From NCBI RefSeq assembly GCF_016433145.1, contig NC_058131.1, positions 140,753,378-140,817,377 on the forward strand: a stretch of 64,000 nt of DNA. Reading direction: 5' to 3'. Under the pieces are notes generated by a model. The model saw only the letters and a list, made by a program, of their open reading frames with translations. It had not been told where the DNA came from and ran no database searches. The stretch is from Gracilinanus agilis. Lineage: Eukaryota. Below are positions 1 through 12,190 of the stretch, one piece after another. The translations under genes were made by a program, and so were the position numbers. How positions within the stretch are numbered: the stretch's first letter is position 1; every line of letters begins with the position of its first letter.

Positions 1-27
1 AGAGAGAGAGAGAGAGAGAGAGAGAGC
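1..27. repeat. (AG)n microsatellite, truncated by the window start
   Basis: Pure AG dinucleotide run. Confidence 0.98.
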
Positions 28-580
28 ACTATGTGCCAAGTTCTGTACTAAGTGCTTTTTTAAAAATAAAATTATAGTTAGTCAATAAACATTTATTAAG
101 CACAGAATATGTAGCACACTGTGATAAGTACTCGGAATACAAAATGAAACAAAAGCCAATCCCTGCCCTCAAGGAGCTCATAACCTTTTGAGGGAGTCGA
201 CAAGCAAACAAACATGTACAAACAAGCTATATAAAGAAAAAAATAATTAAAGAGGGAAGGCACAAAAATTATGAGGAGTTAGGAAAGGCTTATCATAGAA
301 GATGAGATTATAATTGAGATCTGAAGGAAGCCAGGGAAGCCAGAAGGTGGGAGAGATAGTATTCTAGGCATGTGATAGAGCTAGAGAAAATACTCAGAGC
401 CAAAAGATGGAGTGTCTTGTTTGGGAAACATTCAGTAGGCAAGTGTCACTAGATTGAAGAGTACAAGGCAGAGAATAAGACATAAAAAGACTGGAAAGGT
501 AGATTCTGCTAGAATATGACATTGGATGCCAGAGGATTTTGTATTTGATCTTGAAGGTGTTAGGGAGACATTGAAGCTTT
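28..580 (-). mobile_element. L2 LINE 3' fragment
   Basis: Reverse-complement L2 3' motifs (acatttattaagcac..., ccctgccctcaaggagctca) followed by a purine-rich L2 body. Confidence 0.8.
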
Positions 581-706
581 GAGGAAACTGAGGCAAACAA
601 AAAGTGAATGAATTTGTCATGGTCATACAGCTAGTAAGTGTTTGAGGCAGGATTTGAACCTTGGTTTTCCTGATTCCATATCTAGTGCTTTAGCTACTGT
701 GCCATC
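581..706 (-). mobile_element. MIR/MAR-family core SINE fragment
   Basis: gaggaaactgaggca...ggtcatacagctagtaagtg...ggatttgaacc CORE motif. Confidence 0.85.
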
Positions 707-924
707 AGTGAGACTGAAGGAGAGAAAGACAAAGACAGAATACTAAGAGACAGAGAGAGGCAGACTACTGTGTAGTATAGACATACAGATACAAAGACAT
801 TATTGCTACTCTCATGGTAAGAAATGTGATGAGCGTCTAAAATGACAGAGCCATGAAAAGGCAACCCTTTCTAAATTTCATTTGTGTTTTGTCAGACTCT
901 CATTCTCTGAACCCACTTTTTTGC

Positions 925-2250
925 CTCTGAATTAACAAGATCTTGACAGGCTAGAACAATGAGTTAACTTGAATATAATGAAATTTAATGGGGATAAATG
1001 TAAAATTCTATACTTGGGTTCAGAAAATCTATACCTCAAGGCTAATGTGGGTTTTTCTGGGAACGGTCTGGCCCAGGCTGGCCCAGTTATTCAGGCTTAG
1101 AGTTATAACACAGTGAGACACTCATTGACACCCTAAAATTTAACAAAAAGAAATTTGCTCAACAATAGCATGGAAAGGTTATTCAATAAAGATGCCATGT
1201 TGGTTCAATTGGGCCCATCTCCTGTTGCCTACATATGTACCATGGTGGCAAACCCAGGAGGGTGTGTAGACTTATATGACATTGTGAAGTTCATCGAGTT
1301 CAAGGAGTAATATTTGTGTTTTGGGCTCTTGTGCTTTAGGTAAACTAGCAGCTGTGTCAACAGTTCAAACCTTAGCTCTCTTGACCAATTTAGCTTGGTC
1401 TTAAGGGCAATTTCATTTGCCTTATAAGGAAAAAACTAACCCATGTGCCAGGGACCTTCCAGTCTTCCTGGACCATACATGGTGAATTTCTTGTTTTGCA
1501 ATGGCAATGGGGCCTACTGCCAGTGTTCCAACCATATTAATAGCAGATGTTGCTTATAGCATATGGGGGAGGCATACCTAGATAGCAGTTCATCTAAAAA
1601 CAATCTTTCATTTTAGTAGGTTGTAAGCTCAGAATGAGTCAATAATGTGATATGACAACCGATAGAGCTAAATGCAGTGTTAGCCTGCTTTAAAAGAGGC
1701 TTTGGTTTCACGATTGGGAGAGTTGTCTTGTTGTAGTCTTCAATGGTCAGTCCATATTTGGAATATTAGTTTCATTTCTATGTACTCAGTCCACTGCGCT
1801 ATGTACTACTTTTTTTAAAAAAAGATCTTAATTAGCTCGAGAATGTAAAGAGGGCATTAATGAGGATGTTAGGACTTAAGTACAGGTCATATGAGAAATA
1901 GCCAAAGGAGCTTCAGATATTTATGCTGAAGAAGAGAATTAAGGGGGAACGTGATGACTATAGTTAGGTATTTGAAAGCCCTGGCAAAGGAATTAGATTT
2001 ATTCTGCTTGGTCCTTGAAGGAAGAATTATTTATAATAGGTGGAATTTGTAAAGAGGAAAATTTAAGTTAAATGTAAGGAACAAATGTGTAATGATTAGA
2101 ACTCTTTGAAACAGGACTTCCTTTGCAGGTAGTACGTTCAAGTAAATGATGAGGAGAACTTCTTTTGGAGCATGTTGTAGGAGAATTATTATTTTTTATT
2201 CTATGGATTGGACTAATGATCTCTGTTGAACCTTCTAACTCTGAAACTAA
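925..2250 (+). mobile_element. L3/CR1 LINE 3' region, interrupted by an insert of about 500 bp at 1051-1555
   Basis: gatcttgacaggctagaa...aaatttaatggggataaatgtaaa, resuming collinearly at atgggggaggcatacctagatagcagttcatc and running to the CR1 3' UTR (ggattggactaatgatctct). Confidence 0.85.
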
Positions 2251-2874
2251 GTCTTTGGATCTGTGTATGAAGACTTCATTGACTTCAGAGGAGCTCTGGA
2301 CTCAGCAGAGAGAAACAGGATACAATGAATTATGAGGATAGATCATTTTCCCTAAGGTTGGGAGACAACAGATCAAGGGTGTTGTCCAAGAGCAGAGATG
2401 AGTTTGGAATGAGATATTGCGTCAAAATCTATGCTTTCAGCTCATTTACCACTTGTATACTACACTGTAATAGGACGTGATGATTCAATCCTCCCATCGA
2501 ATTTCATGGCAGTTACAATGATATCCATGATTTGCCTAGTTCCTTTCCTTCAAGGAACTCTGCAAATATAAAGTGGGATACTGCTGATGGGAAAATTATG
2601 TCTTGGGTTTGGAGAAAGTCATTAACTCCAGACCTCAGGGTATTCTTTGTTACATTATAGTAGTATTTTGTTAACTTATTGAGGCATTAATCATAACCTT
2701 ACAAATATATAGAAACATTTTGTCAGCTCACACTCTTTTTTTTTTAAACTATGTGACTCTTACCAATTCAGGTAATATAGGATATATGTTTGCCTGGCAT
2801 AAATTGGTTTTTGTCTTGAAAATGTTTATTAGTAACTTCTCTTGTCAAGCATAAGTTGAAGTATTAAGACTGAG

Positions 2875-3050
2875 ACTCAGAGACTGGCAAAGTTATAAGA
2901 GACTTCAGGATTGAGTTGGATTTACTCCCTCCTTCTATAGATGAAGAGATTGAGGCTCTGAAATGATTTGCCCGGGGTCACATAACTATTAAGTGGTAAG
3001 GCTGAGCCTTGAATACAGATCTTCTGATTCCAAGTCCTATGCTCTTATTC
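2875..3050 (-). mobile_element. MIR3-like SINE
   Basis: atagatgaagagattgaggctc...gatttgcccggggtcaca...tcttctgattccaagtcc. Confidence 0.75.
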
Positions 3051-3344
3051 AGCTCTTAGATTAGAAAACAGGGACTATATTTTGCCTTTCTTTGTATCTC
3101 GAGTATTTAGTGCAATATCTGGCCCATTGTAAATGTTTAATAAAAATCTTTTTTCAATGACTGATGTACTCTGAGTCTCTAAGTCAATGCATTTGCTATT
3201 TGCTATACCTAACAATGTAATTTTACCATACTTTTATTTGTAATTATTATGTAATATTACTAGTAATCTATTAGTCATCTTTATCATTTTAATAGTAACT
3301 CTGAGTTAGCTAGAAAGAAGGATTCTGCTTAGATGCCCTTCCTT

Positions 3345-3990
3345 AAGCTCTAACACAAGATATCTTAAATCATCTTTCTGCCAAAATGAGTTTCATTTCC
3401 TGATTTCTCTGTTTCTATCAGTTGTACCATCATCCTCCCAATCATTCAATGTACTGAGTTAAAATATTTTAAATGGACGATTCATTGGATAGGAAATATC
3501 AAGTCATTTTTGACCTTCCTCTTGCTGTCCTATGTGATTACTATGTTTTGTCACTTTCCCCTTCGTAATGTGTTATGTATCCATTTATCACTTTCCTTCC
3601 TCCTCCTCCTATCACAGTTTAAGCTGTTATTGCCTCATATCTAGATTATTGCATCTGCCAACTCACTAGTCACCCTGTTGCTATTTTCTCTCTCTTTCGA
3701 ATTTACCCCGTGTGAAGCTACTTTATTCATTTTCCTAAATTACCACTTGCCTTCTTAAACACCTATCACGTTATTATTATATTATATTATAAAATAAAAT
3801 TATTATATTATATAAATATATTATATGAAATATAAATGAATTAAATTATATGAAATATATATTCACATTATATGATTATGTTATAAACAACTATTAAAGC
3901 TCCTCATTATCTAAAAGAGAAATCCCAAATCCTTAAACTGACATTCAAGATCTTTCATTATATGCTCTTTATCTCTCTGCCCACCTTTCT
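3345..3990 (+). mobile_element. L2 fragment interrupted by an AT-rich low-complexity tract (about 3765-3895)
   Basis: Pyrimidine-rich L2 body (tgcctcatatctagattattgca..., actgacattcaagatctttc). Confidence 0.7.
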
Positions 3991-4014
3991 AGGAGAGATG
4001 GTTAAAAAAATGAA

Positions 4015-4242
4015 CAACTGCTTGAATGCATGGGTCGGGGTGGACATGATTGAGGGTGTGGACTTGAAACTACCACACCAATGCAACTACCAACAATTTG
4101 GAAATAGGTCTTGATCAAGGACACATGACAAAACTAGTGGAGATGTGCATCGGCCATGGGTGGGGGGAGTGTGGGGGATGAAGGGGAAGGGAGGAGCATG
4201 AATCATGTAACCATGTTAAAAATGAATATTAATAAATGTTTG
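4015..4242 (+). mobile_element. Young 5'-truncated L1 (opossum-type 3' UTR)
   Basis: L1 3' UTR (aacaactgcttgaatgcatgg...ttgatcaaggacacatg...aatcatgtaaccatg); direct repeat aaaaaaatgaa at 4004-4014 and 4243-4253 (TSD). Confidence 0.9.
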
Positions 4243-4499
4243 AAAAAAATGAAGAACAGAACCAAAATTCAATAAAAATTAAAAATGATTTTTTCAAGGT
4301 TCAGTACTAGAACAAATCAACCAAAAATACACTTATCAGGGTAAAGGTAAAGTCTTAAATTTATGTTTTAAATAACTACCTGTTTTGGCAGTAATTCATA
4401 TGAAAAAGAACTTGAATTTTACTTGACAACAAAATTAATTTGTCCTAACAGCATGATAAAGCTTCTGAAGAAAAAGTTGATATTTTTTTTCTTTTGTCC

Positions 4500-4700
4500 A
4501 ATCCCATGATTTCATCAGGTAGGGAACTCCCAATGTTGGATGACAGCTCAGTAGTAATTCTGAATTTATATACAGTCTTATTCACCTATGGTAGAAAGAG
4601 ATTAAATGACTTGCTCATGGTCATCCAGCTAACATGTCAGAAAAAAGATTTGAACCTAGATGTTCTTGATTCCAATGCTACTGCTCTGTTGTCAAACTCC
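4500..4700 (-). mobile_element. MIR3-like SINE
   Basis: ttaaatgacttgctcatggtcatccagcta...tttgaacctagatgttcttgattcc. Confidence 0.7.
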
Positions 4701-4869
4701 AGTCCTCAATTGTTCCCATCATCTACCTCTTCTGATGCTGATTGAAGTTGGAATAAGTCATGCAACAAGATTTATTAGACACATCATAAATTCAAGTTAT
4801 TCAATTTTAACTGGAATGAGGCAAACTATTCTTTCCTAATTAATTCTCTGTTTTCCTCTCCATAGATAT

Positions 4870-6715
4870 TATTCCAATTTCTCTTTGTCTTTCTTCTCAA
4901 GGCTCCTATTACTCCTGCTCTCTCCACCCTCTCAGGTAACAACATAGTTTCTTACTTTGTTGAGAAAACTGAGGATATTCACTGTGAGTTTCCTCTTCTT
5001 CCCTTCTCTTCATCTCAAAACCTTTTGATATAATCCCCCAGTCTCTCCTCCTCTTTCTCCCATTTTCTGATAATGAGATGGCCTTGCTCTTTTCTACATG
5101 TGTCCTTGATTACATTCCTTCCTTTTTTGTCCAGTATATTACCCCCTTAATGTCATCTCCTTTGTAATTTCCAACATTTCCATATCTATTTGTTCCTTTC
5201 CCCATCACCTTCAAACATGGCTATCACTAAAAAAAATAAATTAAACTGTCATACTTTCAAACAAGTATTTAATATCTTTTGTTTCCTTACCCAAATTCCT
5301 AGAAAAAAAGCTATCTATGTATTAATTATCTCCACTTTCCTTCCTCTCACTAACTTCTCAACCTTTTGTAATTTAGCTTCAGAAATCAACTTGAACTGTT
5401 CTCTGAAAGTTATTATTGATTTCTTAGTTGCCAAGTCAGATGCTCTTTTCTTAGTTTGACTTCTATGTTGCATTTGGTGCTCTTGACCCCATCCTTACTC
5501 CTAAATACTCTTCTGTTGGGTTTTCACGATATTGCCATATCCTCTTTCTTCAACTAATCTAACTATACCTTCTCACTCCTTTCCTGAGTCATAATCCATA
5601 TCACTCACCCTAGTTGTGCTCTAAAGATCTGTCCTTGTTCCTCAGCACTCTCCATATTCTCTCTCTTAGTGACTTCATCAGCCCCAATGGGGTTTAATTC
5701 CTGAATCATCTCCACACAGATGATGAACAGATTCATAAATCTTGTCCTTGTCTCCCCCTGAGCTTCAGTCTCACATCCCCAATTACCTATTTGGTATTTC
5801 AAATTGGGTGTTCCAGAGATATATCAAAATTAACATGTTCAAAATAGAACTAATTATCTCCTTCTAAACATTCCCCTATTTCAAACTTACCTATTTGTCT
5901 TGAAGGCACCATCATTTTTCCAGTCTTCCAACTTTTAAATCTTGGTGTTACCTTTGATTTATCACACTCCTTCATCCCATATATCTAATTAGTTGCCATA
6001 TTATATTGTCCACTTTTCCTACATCCATTCCTTTCTCTCTTCTCACACAGTCACTACCTTAGTTCAGGTTGTCATTACCTCGTGCCTAGACTATTGTAAT
6101 GACTCTTAACTGCCCTTTCTGTCTCCAGATTCTCCCCACTTTAATACATCCGTCATGAAGCTACAAAATAGACCTTCCAGAAGTACAGATCTGACCATCT
6201 TACTCACCTGTTCCATAAATGCTCACGTTTCCCTAGTGCCTCTAAAATAGAATGTTATCTTCTCCTTTGACTTTTTAAATATGTTCACAACGTGGCCCCA
6301 TTCTATATTTCTAGCCTCATTATACATTAGTTCCCCCCACCCCAATTCTATGGTCTAGTCAAATTAGCCTTCTTTCTGTTATTCTCACATGGTGCTCCAT
6401 CTCTCATCTCTGTGTCTTTATACTGGCTGGACTAATTTGTTTCCTCTTCTCTGCCTCATAGAATATCTTTCAAGTATTGTATTCTACATGAAGCCTCTTC
6501 TAATTCATCCAAATGCTAGTATCCATCTTCTGCAGTGGTCATATATTTGATGATCTTGTATTATTCTGTATAAATTTATATATGTATAAATTGTCTTCCT
6601 TGATAGAAAGCAGACTCCTTGAGGGCAGGGATTGAATTGTTCATTGTATTTGTATCAGCAGTGCCTAGTATAGTATCTAGCACATAGTAGGAACTGAATA
6701 AATGCATGTTGATTG
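4870..6715 (+). mobile_element. L2 LINE, about 1.8 kb 3' portion including the terminus
   Basis: Long pyrimidine-rich L2 ORF2 remnant ending in ...gagggcagggattg...cacatagtaggaactgaataaatgcatgttgattg. Confidence 0.9.
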
Positions 6716-7352
6716 GTGCTGATGCTCAATGAAATATAGTGCTTCATCATGTAAAGTAATGGTCCCCCTGTACTCAGCTTGTTAGTGAACATCCGATATA
6801 TTATTATTCAATTCTTGGCACCACATTTCAAACAAACATTGAAAAGACTTCCAATTAAGCCCTATTTCAAGGTTTCATCAAGTTATAGAGGTGACTTTAG
6901 GTTATCAAAAACTATATTATTATAATTCAGGCTTTGGCAGCCTCCAAAAAGCTGGAAAGACTATGTTTGGATCCAGTGACACTATATGCCTATTTGCCGG
7001 TGACCAGCATAGCTGCAAGAAGAGCCATTATCATCTACTAATAGGTAGGGAGGTTGTGTTTTGTGTCAATAAAAATAATATCCATACCAGTAAAAAATGG
7101 TTCTCTTGAAGTATGAATAAACTAAAATCCTTTGAGATGATGTCCTTCATATAAATGATTATAGTAAATAATTATATAAAAATTGTAATGGCAAGGGGCC
7201 CTGAGACTAAGTCATATGAAGTAAAGAGAACAGAGGCTTTTTAATCTGGAAAGACTTAGTTGGGATATGAGATCTATTCTCAGATATGTGAAAGGTTGTA
7301 GAGGAAGGACTAGGCTTGACATTGCTCCAGAATATAGATCTAGGACCTGGCA

Positions 7353-7440
7353 GGCAAGAGAGGAGAGGAGAGGAGAGGAGAGAAGAGGAGGAGAAAGAAA
7401 GGGGGAGAGAAGAGAGGGGGAAGATGGAGAGGGACAGAAG
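7353..7440. repeat. Purine-rich (GAGAG)n-like low-complexity tract
   Basis: gagaggagaggagaggagagaagagg... inside the L3 3' end. Confidence 0.9.
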
Positions 7441-7894
7441 GAGGAAGATTTCAATTTAGTATAAGAAAGAACTTTTTAACAACTAGACTGTCCCAACAAT
7501 GGAATGGATTGCCTCATAAGTTAAGGAGATCTCTATCACTGGCTAGTTCTCAAGCAGAGGCCAGATGATAACTTATCAGAAATGTTGAAGAAGGGACAGG
7601 AATTCCAGGATTCTTTCCAATTCTAAGAATCTATGATACCTTTCCATCTTTCTGTCTCATTACTTGATGTGAATCCTTCATTTAGGTCAGACTAGTCTGA
7701 ATATTGTCTTCACACACACACATATACTCCTAGTGCTTCCCTGCTCTTTTCTGCTTCCTTGATAAAACCATAACTCTCATTTAAAATGCTGCCCTCTACA
7801 AAACATAACTAATAAATAAACAAGGAACTCTTTGATAGTTTCCTATTACCTAGAGAATACTATCTAAGGCATTTAAAATGCTCTACAATCAGGT

Positions 7895-8075
7895 TTCAAC
7901 ATATTGAGGGAGAGATGACCTGATATGCTAGATAACAGATTAAGATTCATGAAAAATGCTTATTTCTAATGGAATATTGGACAAAATTTATCAAAAATAA
8001 TTAAAAAAAAGAAAAAACGTGCGTTTATGTTTAGAATCTTCCTACAATAAATTCAATTTTTAAAATAAAGCATGG
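7895..8075 (+). mobile_element. L3/CR1 fragment
   Basis: gatatgctagataacagattaagattca... matches the degraded CR1 RT segment also seen at 925. Confidence 0.55.
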
Positions 8076-8099
8076 AAAGAATTTTATATTTTTATAATA

Positions 8100-8535
8100 A
8101 GAATAACTAGCACTTATATAGTACTTAAAGATTTGCAAAGCACTTTCCATCCATCATCTCATTTGATCCTTATGACACCCTTGTGGAGTAGGTGCTATTA
8201 TTATCCTGATATTACAGCTAATGAAACTGAGGCCTTTAAAGGGTTAGGTAACTTGCCCATGGTCACGCAGCTGGTAAATTTCTGAGATAATTCAAATTTA
8301 GGTCTTGAGGGGCAGCTGGGTAGCTCAGTGGATTGAGAGCCATGCCTAGAGACTGGAGGTCCTAGGTTCAAATCCGGCCTCAGACACTTCCCAGCTGTGT
8401 GACCTGGGCAAGTCACTTGACCCCCCATTGCCTACCCTTACCACTCTTCCACCTATAAGTCAATACACAGAAATTAAGGGTTTAAAATAAAATAAAAATT
8501 CAGGTCTTGAGTTTGAGACTAGCACAATCCAATGT
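8100..8535 (-). mobile_element. MAR1/MIR-family SINE interrupted by SINE1
   Basis: actagcacttatatagtacttaaagatttgcaaagcacttt...aatgaaactgaggc...ggtcacgcagctggtaa. Confidence 0.8.
8309..8495 (+). mobile_element. SINE1_Mdo-type tRNA-derived SINE, young
   Basis: ggggcagctgggtagctcagtggattgagagc...acccttaccactcttccacctataagtcaatacacag; TSD aaatt(t/c)aggtcttga at 8294-8308 and 8496-8510. Confidence 0.97.
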
Positions 8536-8559
8536 ACCACCAACAAAAATCTTCTATGT

Positions 8560-8905
8560 CACCTGTACAAGTCCAATCTTATCTTTCAATTTCAAGATCC
8601 AGTTTAAGACCCAACTCTTCCATGAAGCTTACTCTGACTACTATAGTCCATACTATCCTTCCCTTTCCTAGCACTTCTAGAGATATCAAGTTCTGTTTAC
8701 CTCACTTATTTGGAACTCGAGTCACACACAACTTAATCTTGTAATGTTAATTAACATTTTACTTGGGTTAGATAGCTATTTGTCTTCTCATGTTACACAA
8801 AATCCTTGAAGGCAGGGATTTGAATCTGCACATTTTTTGTTTCTCCTGAGTTTCTCCCATAATGCTATCCATGTGGTAGGTGATCACTAAATGTATAATG
8901 GATGA
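8560..8905 (+). mobile_element. L2 3' tail fragment
   Basis: ccttgaaggcagggatt...ccatgtggtaggtgatcactaaatg. Confidence 0.6.
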
Positions 8906-9064
8906 GTGAATCCTAAATTTCATATGAAGAAGCCAACCAGACCTCTTGCAAAGCCAGAAATGAGGCCTTTTGACCTTTATACTTTGTTCAACCTTTGAAA
9001 ACACACTGTCTTTCTAGGGTATTCAGACAGAGTGGAAATGGTAATTCACATTTACATCATGCAT

Positions 9065-9310
9065 TAAATTTTTTTTAAATTTATTTGTCTATTTGTCACA
9101 TTAAAATACACTGGTACTTCCCTCATTCCTTCTCCACTCTCTATTGGAGAAGGGATCATTTGAATATATGTATGTATGCATATATATAACTATATCTTGC
9201 TTATTTCTATTTATCAGTTCTTTCTCTGGAGGTGGACATACGCAAGTCATTCTTCAAACAATATTTCTGTTGCCTTATTGCCTTATATAATGTTCTCTTG
9301 GTGCCATTTA
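9065..9310 (-). mobile_element. Old marsupial L1 3' UTR fragment
   Basis: T-rich tail followed by cagttctttctctggaggtggacat...ttcttcaaacaatatt. Confidence 0.75.
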
Positions 9311-9630
9311 TTTCACTCTTCATAAAGTGTTTTGCTCATGTTGACTCTTGGAGAGCAGGCAGTACAAATATTATTCTCATTTTACAGGTAAAGAAACAGA
9401 TGCTCAGAGATGTCTCTTATTCAAGGTCCCTCATCTTATAAGTTGTAGAATTAGAATATGAACACAATATTCCTTGTTACAAGTCCAATACTCTTCCTAG
9501 TATATGACACAGTCTTTTATAAAGCTGCTGAGAATAATACTGCTTATGGAAAGGACTTAATTAATGTATGAGCAGAACATCTCAGAGAAACAATATTATC
9601 TTTCTTATTAGGGAATGAACTTGATGGGTT

Positions 9631-10326
9631 CATTTCTTTTCCTTTTTTTAAAGCTGTCAATATTTTTTTCACTTTAATATAAAAAAAACAATTTTTAAAC
9701 ATTCATTAAAAAAATTTTGAGTTCCAAATTCTCTCTCTCCTGCTCTGCCTGCCTTCTCCCCTCATTGAGAAGACAAGCACTTTGATATATATTATACATA
9801 TGCAGGCATGCAAAACTTATTTCCATATTAGTGATGTGGTGAAAGAAAACATAGACAAAAAAAAAAGAAAAAAGAAAGTTAAAAAAATTTACTTTGTTCT
9901 GCATTCAGACTCCATCAATTCTTTCTCTGGAAGTGGATAGCATTTTTTGTCATTGGTCTTTGGAATTGTCTTAGGTCATTGTATTGCTGAGAACAATTAG
10001 ATCATTTGCAATTGTTCAACCTAAAATATCACTATTACTATGGACAATATTCTCCTGGTTCTACTCACTTCATTTTGCATCAGTTCATGTAAGTCTTTCC
10101 AGGTTTTTCTCAACATGTCCTGCTCATCATTTCTTATAGTACAATACTATTACATCATAATAATATGCCATAGCCCATTCCCCAATTGGTCAACATCCCC
10201 TCAATTTCCAATTCTTTGGTACCACAAAAGTACTTTTTTTGTGTCAGAGATTCTCTTCATTTTAAAAAAAATCTTTTTGAAGTACAGATCTAGTAGTGCT
10301 ATTTCTGGACCAAAGGGTATATAGTC
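9631..10326 (-). mobile_element. 5'-truncated L1 (3' UTR plus ORF2 C-terminal end)
   Basis: ttttgagttccaaattctc...tctttctctggaagtggatagcat...caaagggtat; perfect 13-bp TSD aacttgatgggtt at 9618-9630 and 10327-10339. Confidence 0.92.
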
Positions 10327-10789
10327 AACTTGATGGGTTGAAAAATATTATGTATACATTCCTCTGACTTTGTCTTCTCTGCAGGCTAAAATCCCCTTGT
10401 TGAAAATCACATTTCAGCTTTGCGAGCATTCCCTCCACAAATGTATAACTCAACCCTTTCTTAAAATTAGAAGTCTATGAGAGTTTTTGATTACAAAAAT
10501 TCATAACCTTATGACTGACCAGGTTATAAGTCTCTGAACTTAGCTAGGCAGGCCTTTGAATGATGGTCATTATGTCTATCATCAACACATACCTTAAATT
10601 CTTTTCAACTTGTTTTAATCCACCAAGCCTAGTGATCTCCTAGCATGACCTGTGAGAACAGTAGCTCTTTCTATGCCATAATGAAGTAACAAAGTTGGAT
10701 TTTAGTGGATGGAACAACTATTGCACTAAAAAGTTTACAAAGTAGCTAGGAAATGTGCTGAAAAGAGTTCAAATATGGTTTCAGGTATT

Positions 10790-10960
10790 TTATAAATTGT
10801 GCAACCCTGGACAAGTAATTTAACTCTGTCTGCTTCCTCATCTGTAAAATGAAAATAATAATAGCGCCTCTCTCTCAGGATTGTTGTGAGGATCAAATGA
10901 GATAATATTTGTGAAGCATTTTGCAACCCTTAAAGCATTAAATAAATGCTAGATATTATT
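10790..10960 (+). mobile_element. MIR SINE
   Basis: cctggacaagtaatttaactctgtctgcttcctcatctgtaaaatga...ggatcaaatgagataat. Confidence 0.85.
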
Positions 10961-10999
10961 CTTATATCAACTCTGTTTGATAGTGAGTGCAGTTATAAT

Positions 11000-11130
11000 T
11001 TCATTTTACAGATGGTGAGTCTAATGCTCATGGAGGTGGAGAATCACTCACCTAGGTTGACATGGCTATAAGAGTCAGAACTGGGATTTGAAGTTGGGTC
11101 TTCTGATTAGGTCCAATTTTCTTTGGACAT
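11000..11130 (-). mobile_element. MIR3-like SINE
   Basis: cattttacagatggtgagtct...ctgggatttgaagttgggtcttctga. Confidence 0.7.
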
Positions 11131-11914
11131 CTTTTACAAATGTTAATATATGTGGATAGAAGGCAAATTCAAATGTTATATCAGTGTGATAAGATATGCT
11201 TTCCATTTTATAGGTAATCTGGTCTTCAAGGCCTTCCATAATTTGTCTTACCCTACTTTTCCAGCTTCGTTTCACATTGGTACCCTCTGTTTTCTAGCCA
11301 AATTAGCCTACCCTTCCTAACTCAATATTCCATTTCTTACATCCATGAACGGTACGACCTTGTTTTATGAGCCCAGAAAATTCCAAGACTCTTATTGTAA
11401 GTTGAAAATCATATGTAATTGCAAATCCCATTATTTAATAAATATTTCTTATAGAAACATTCCTAGCCTCTTTATGACTTTTCTTAGGCTTATCAGATCT
11501 ACCAGCATCACTACTTTTGTACTTTAGGGCCATTATTAATAACTAAGTAGCATTAATGAAACAAAGAGAGGCACTTCTCTGACATGAACACGACTTGCTA
11601 CAAACAAGAACTCCAAACAAAGACTGATGCGGGAGTTAATGTTTGGCACAAAAGAATGTGATGACTCACACTAATATTTCCCAGAGAGAGAATAAGTGTG
11701 ATTGGGCGGACTGCTGTGAGACTATACTGCTTGAGAAAATGACATGGATTTAGCGTGCAATTAAAATTTTTTATTTTACTATTTTTCTGCCTCTATTATT
11801 TTTTATTGTCAATCATGTGTACCTGAATACACGTGTTGAGTTAGTGTAAAATGAGGTACTATTGTTTTCACACCAACTATGCCTCAATTAGTAGAATTCC
11901 AGAATGTGCTTTAG

Positions 11915-12190
11915 CTTCACCTCTACCTTTCAGAATTCTTTTCTTCTCTCCTGGCTCAGTATAGATGCCACCCTTTCTACGAACCCTTCCTTGGTCTTTC
12001 TCCTCCCTCCTCAATTATTAATATTTTCTCTTCTTTAAATTAGTTCTTATTTAGTTATCAGTTTTGTGCATCTCACCAATAGAACATAAGTTTCTGAAGG
12101 GCAAAGATTGTGTCATTTTCGACCTTGAATCTCATTTGCTTAGTAGGATAACTTGCACATCCTGATGTTTAATAAATTTGTTGACTTGAA
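11915..12190 (+). mobile_element. L2 3' tail
   Basis: cacctctacctttcagaattc...ctgaagggcaaagattgtgtc...tttaataaatttgttgacttga. Confidence 0.75.

Larger units (their letters stand above)
3985..7620 (+). mobile_element. Fragmented L3/CR1 copy (pieces about 3985-4490, 6716-6852, 7188-7620) split by later insertions
   Basis: The pieces are collinear along the CR1 RT C-terminus and 3' end (gcagtaattcatatgaaaaaga; ggcaccacatttc; gccctgagactaagtcatatga; aagaaagaacttttt aaca). Confidence 0.75.

Noticed and set aside
4522-4531. Perfect NF-kB motif GGGAACTCCC
   Set aside because: A single 10-mer inside a MIR3 remnant; expected by chance in 64 kb.
7267-7464. E/R/G-rich 65-aa ORF
   Set aside because: Translation of the purine microsatellite inside L3.
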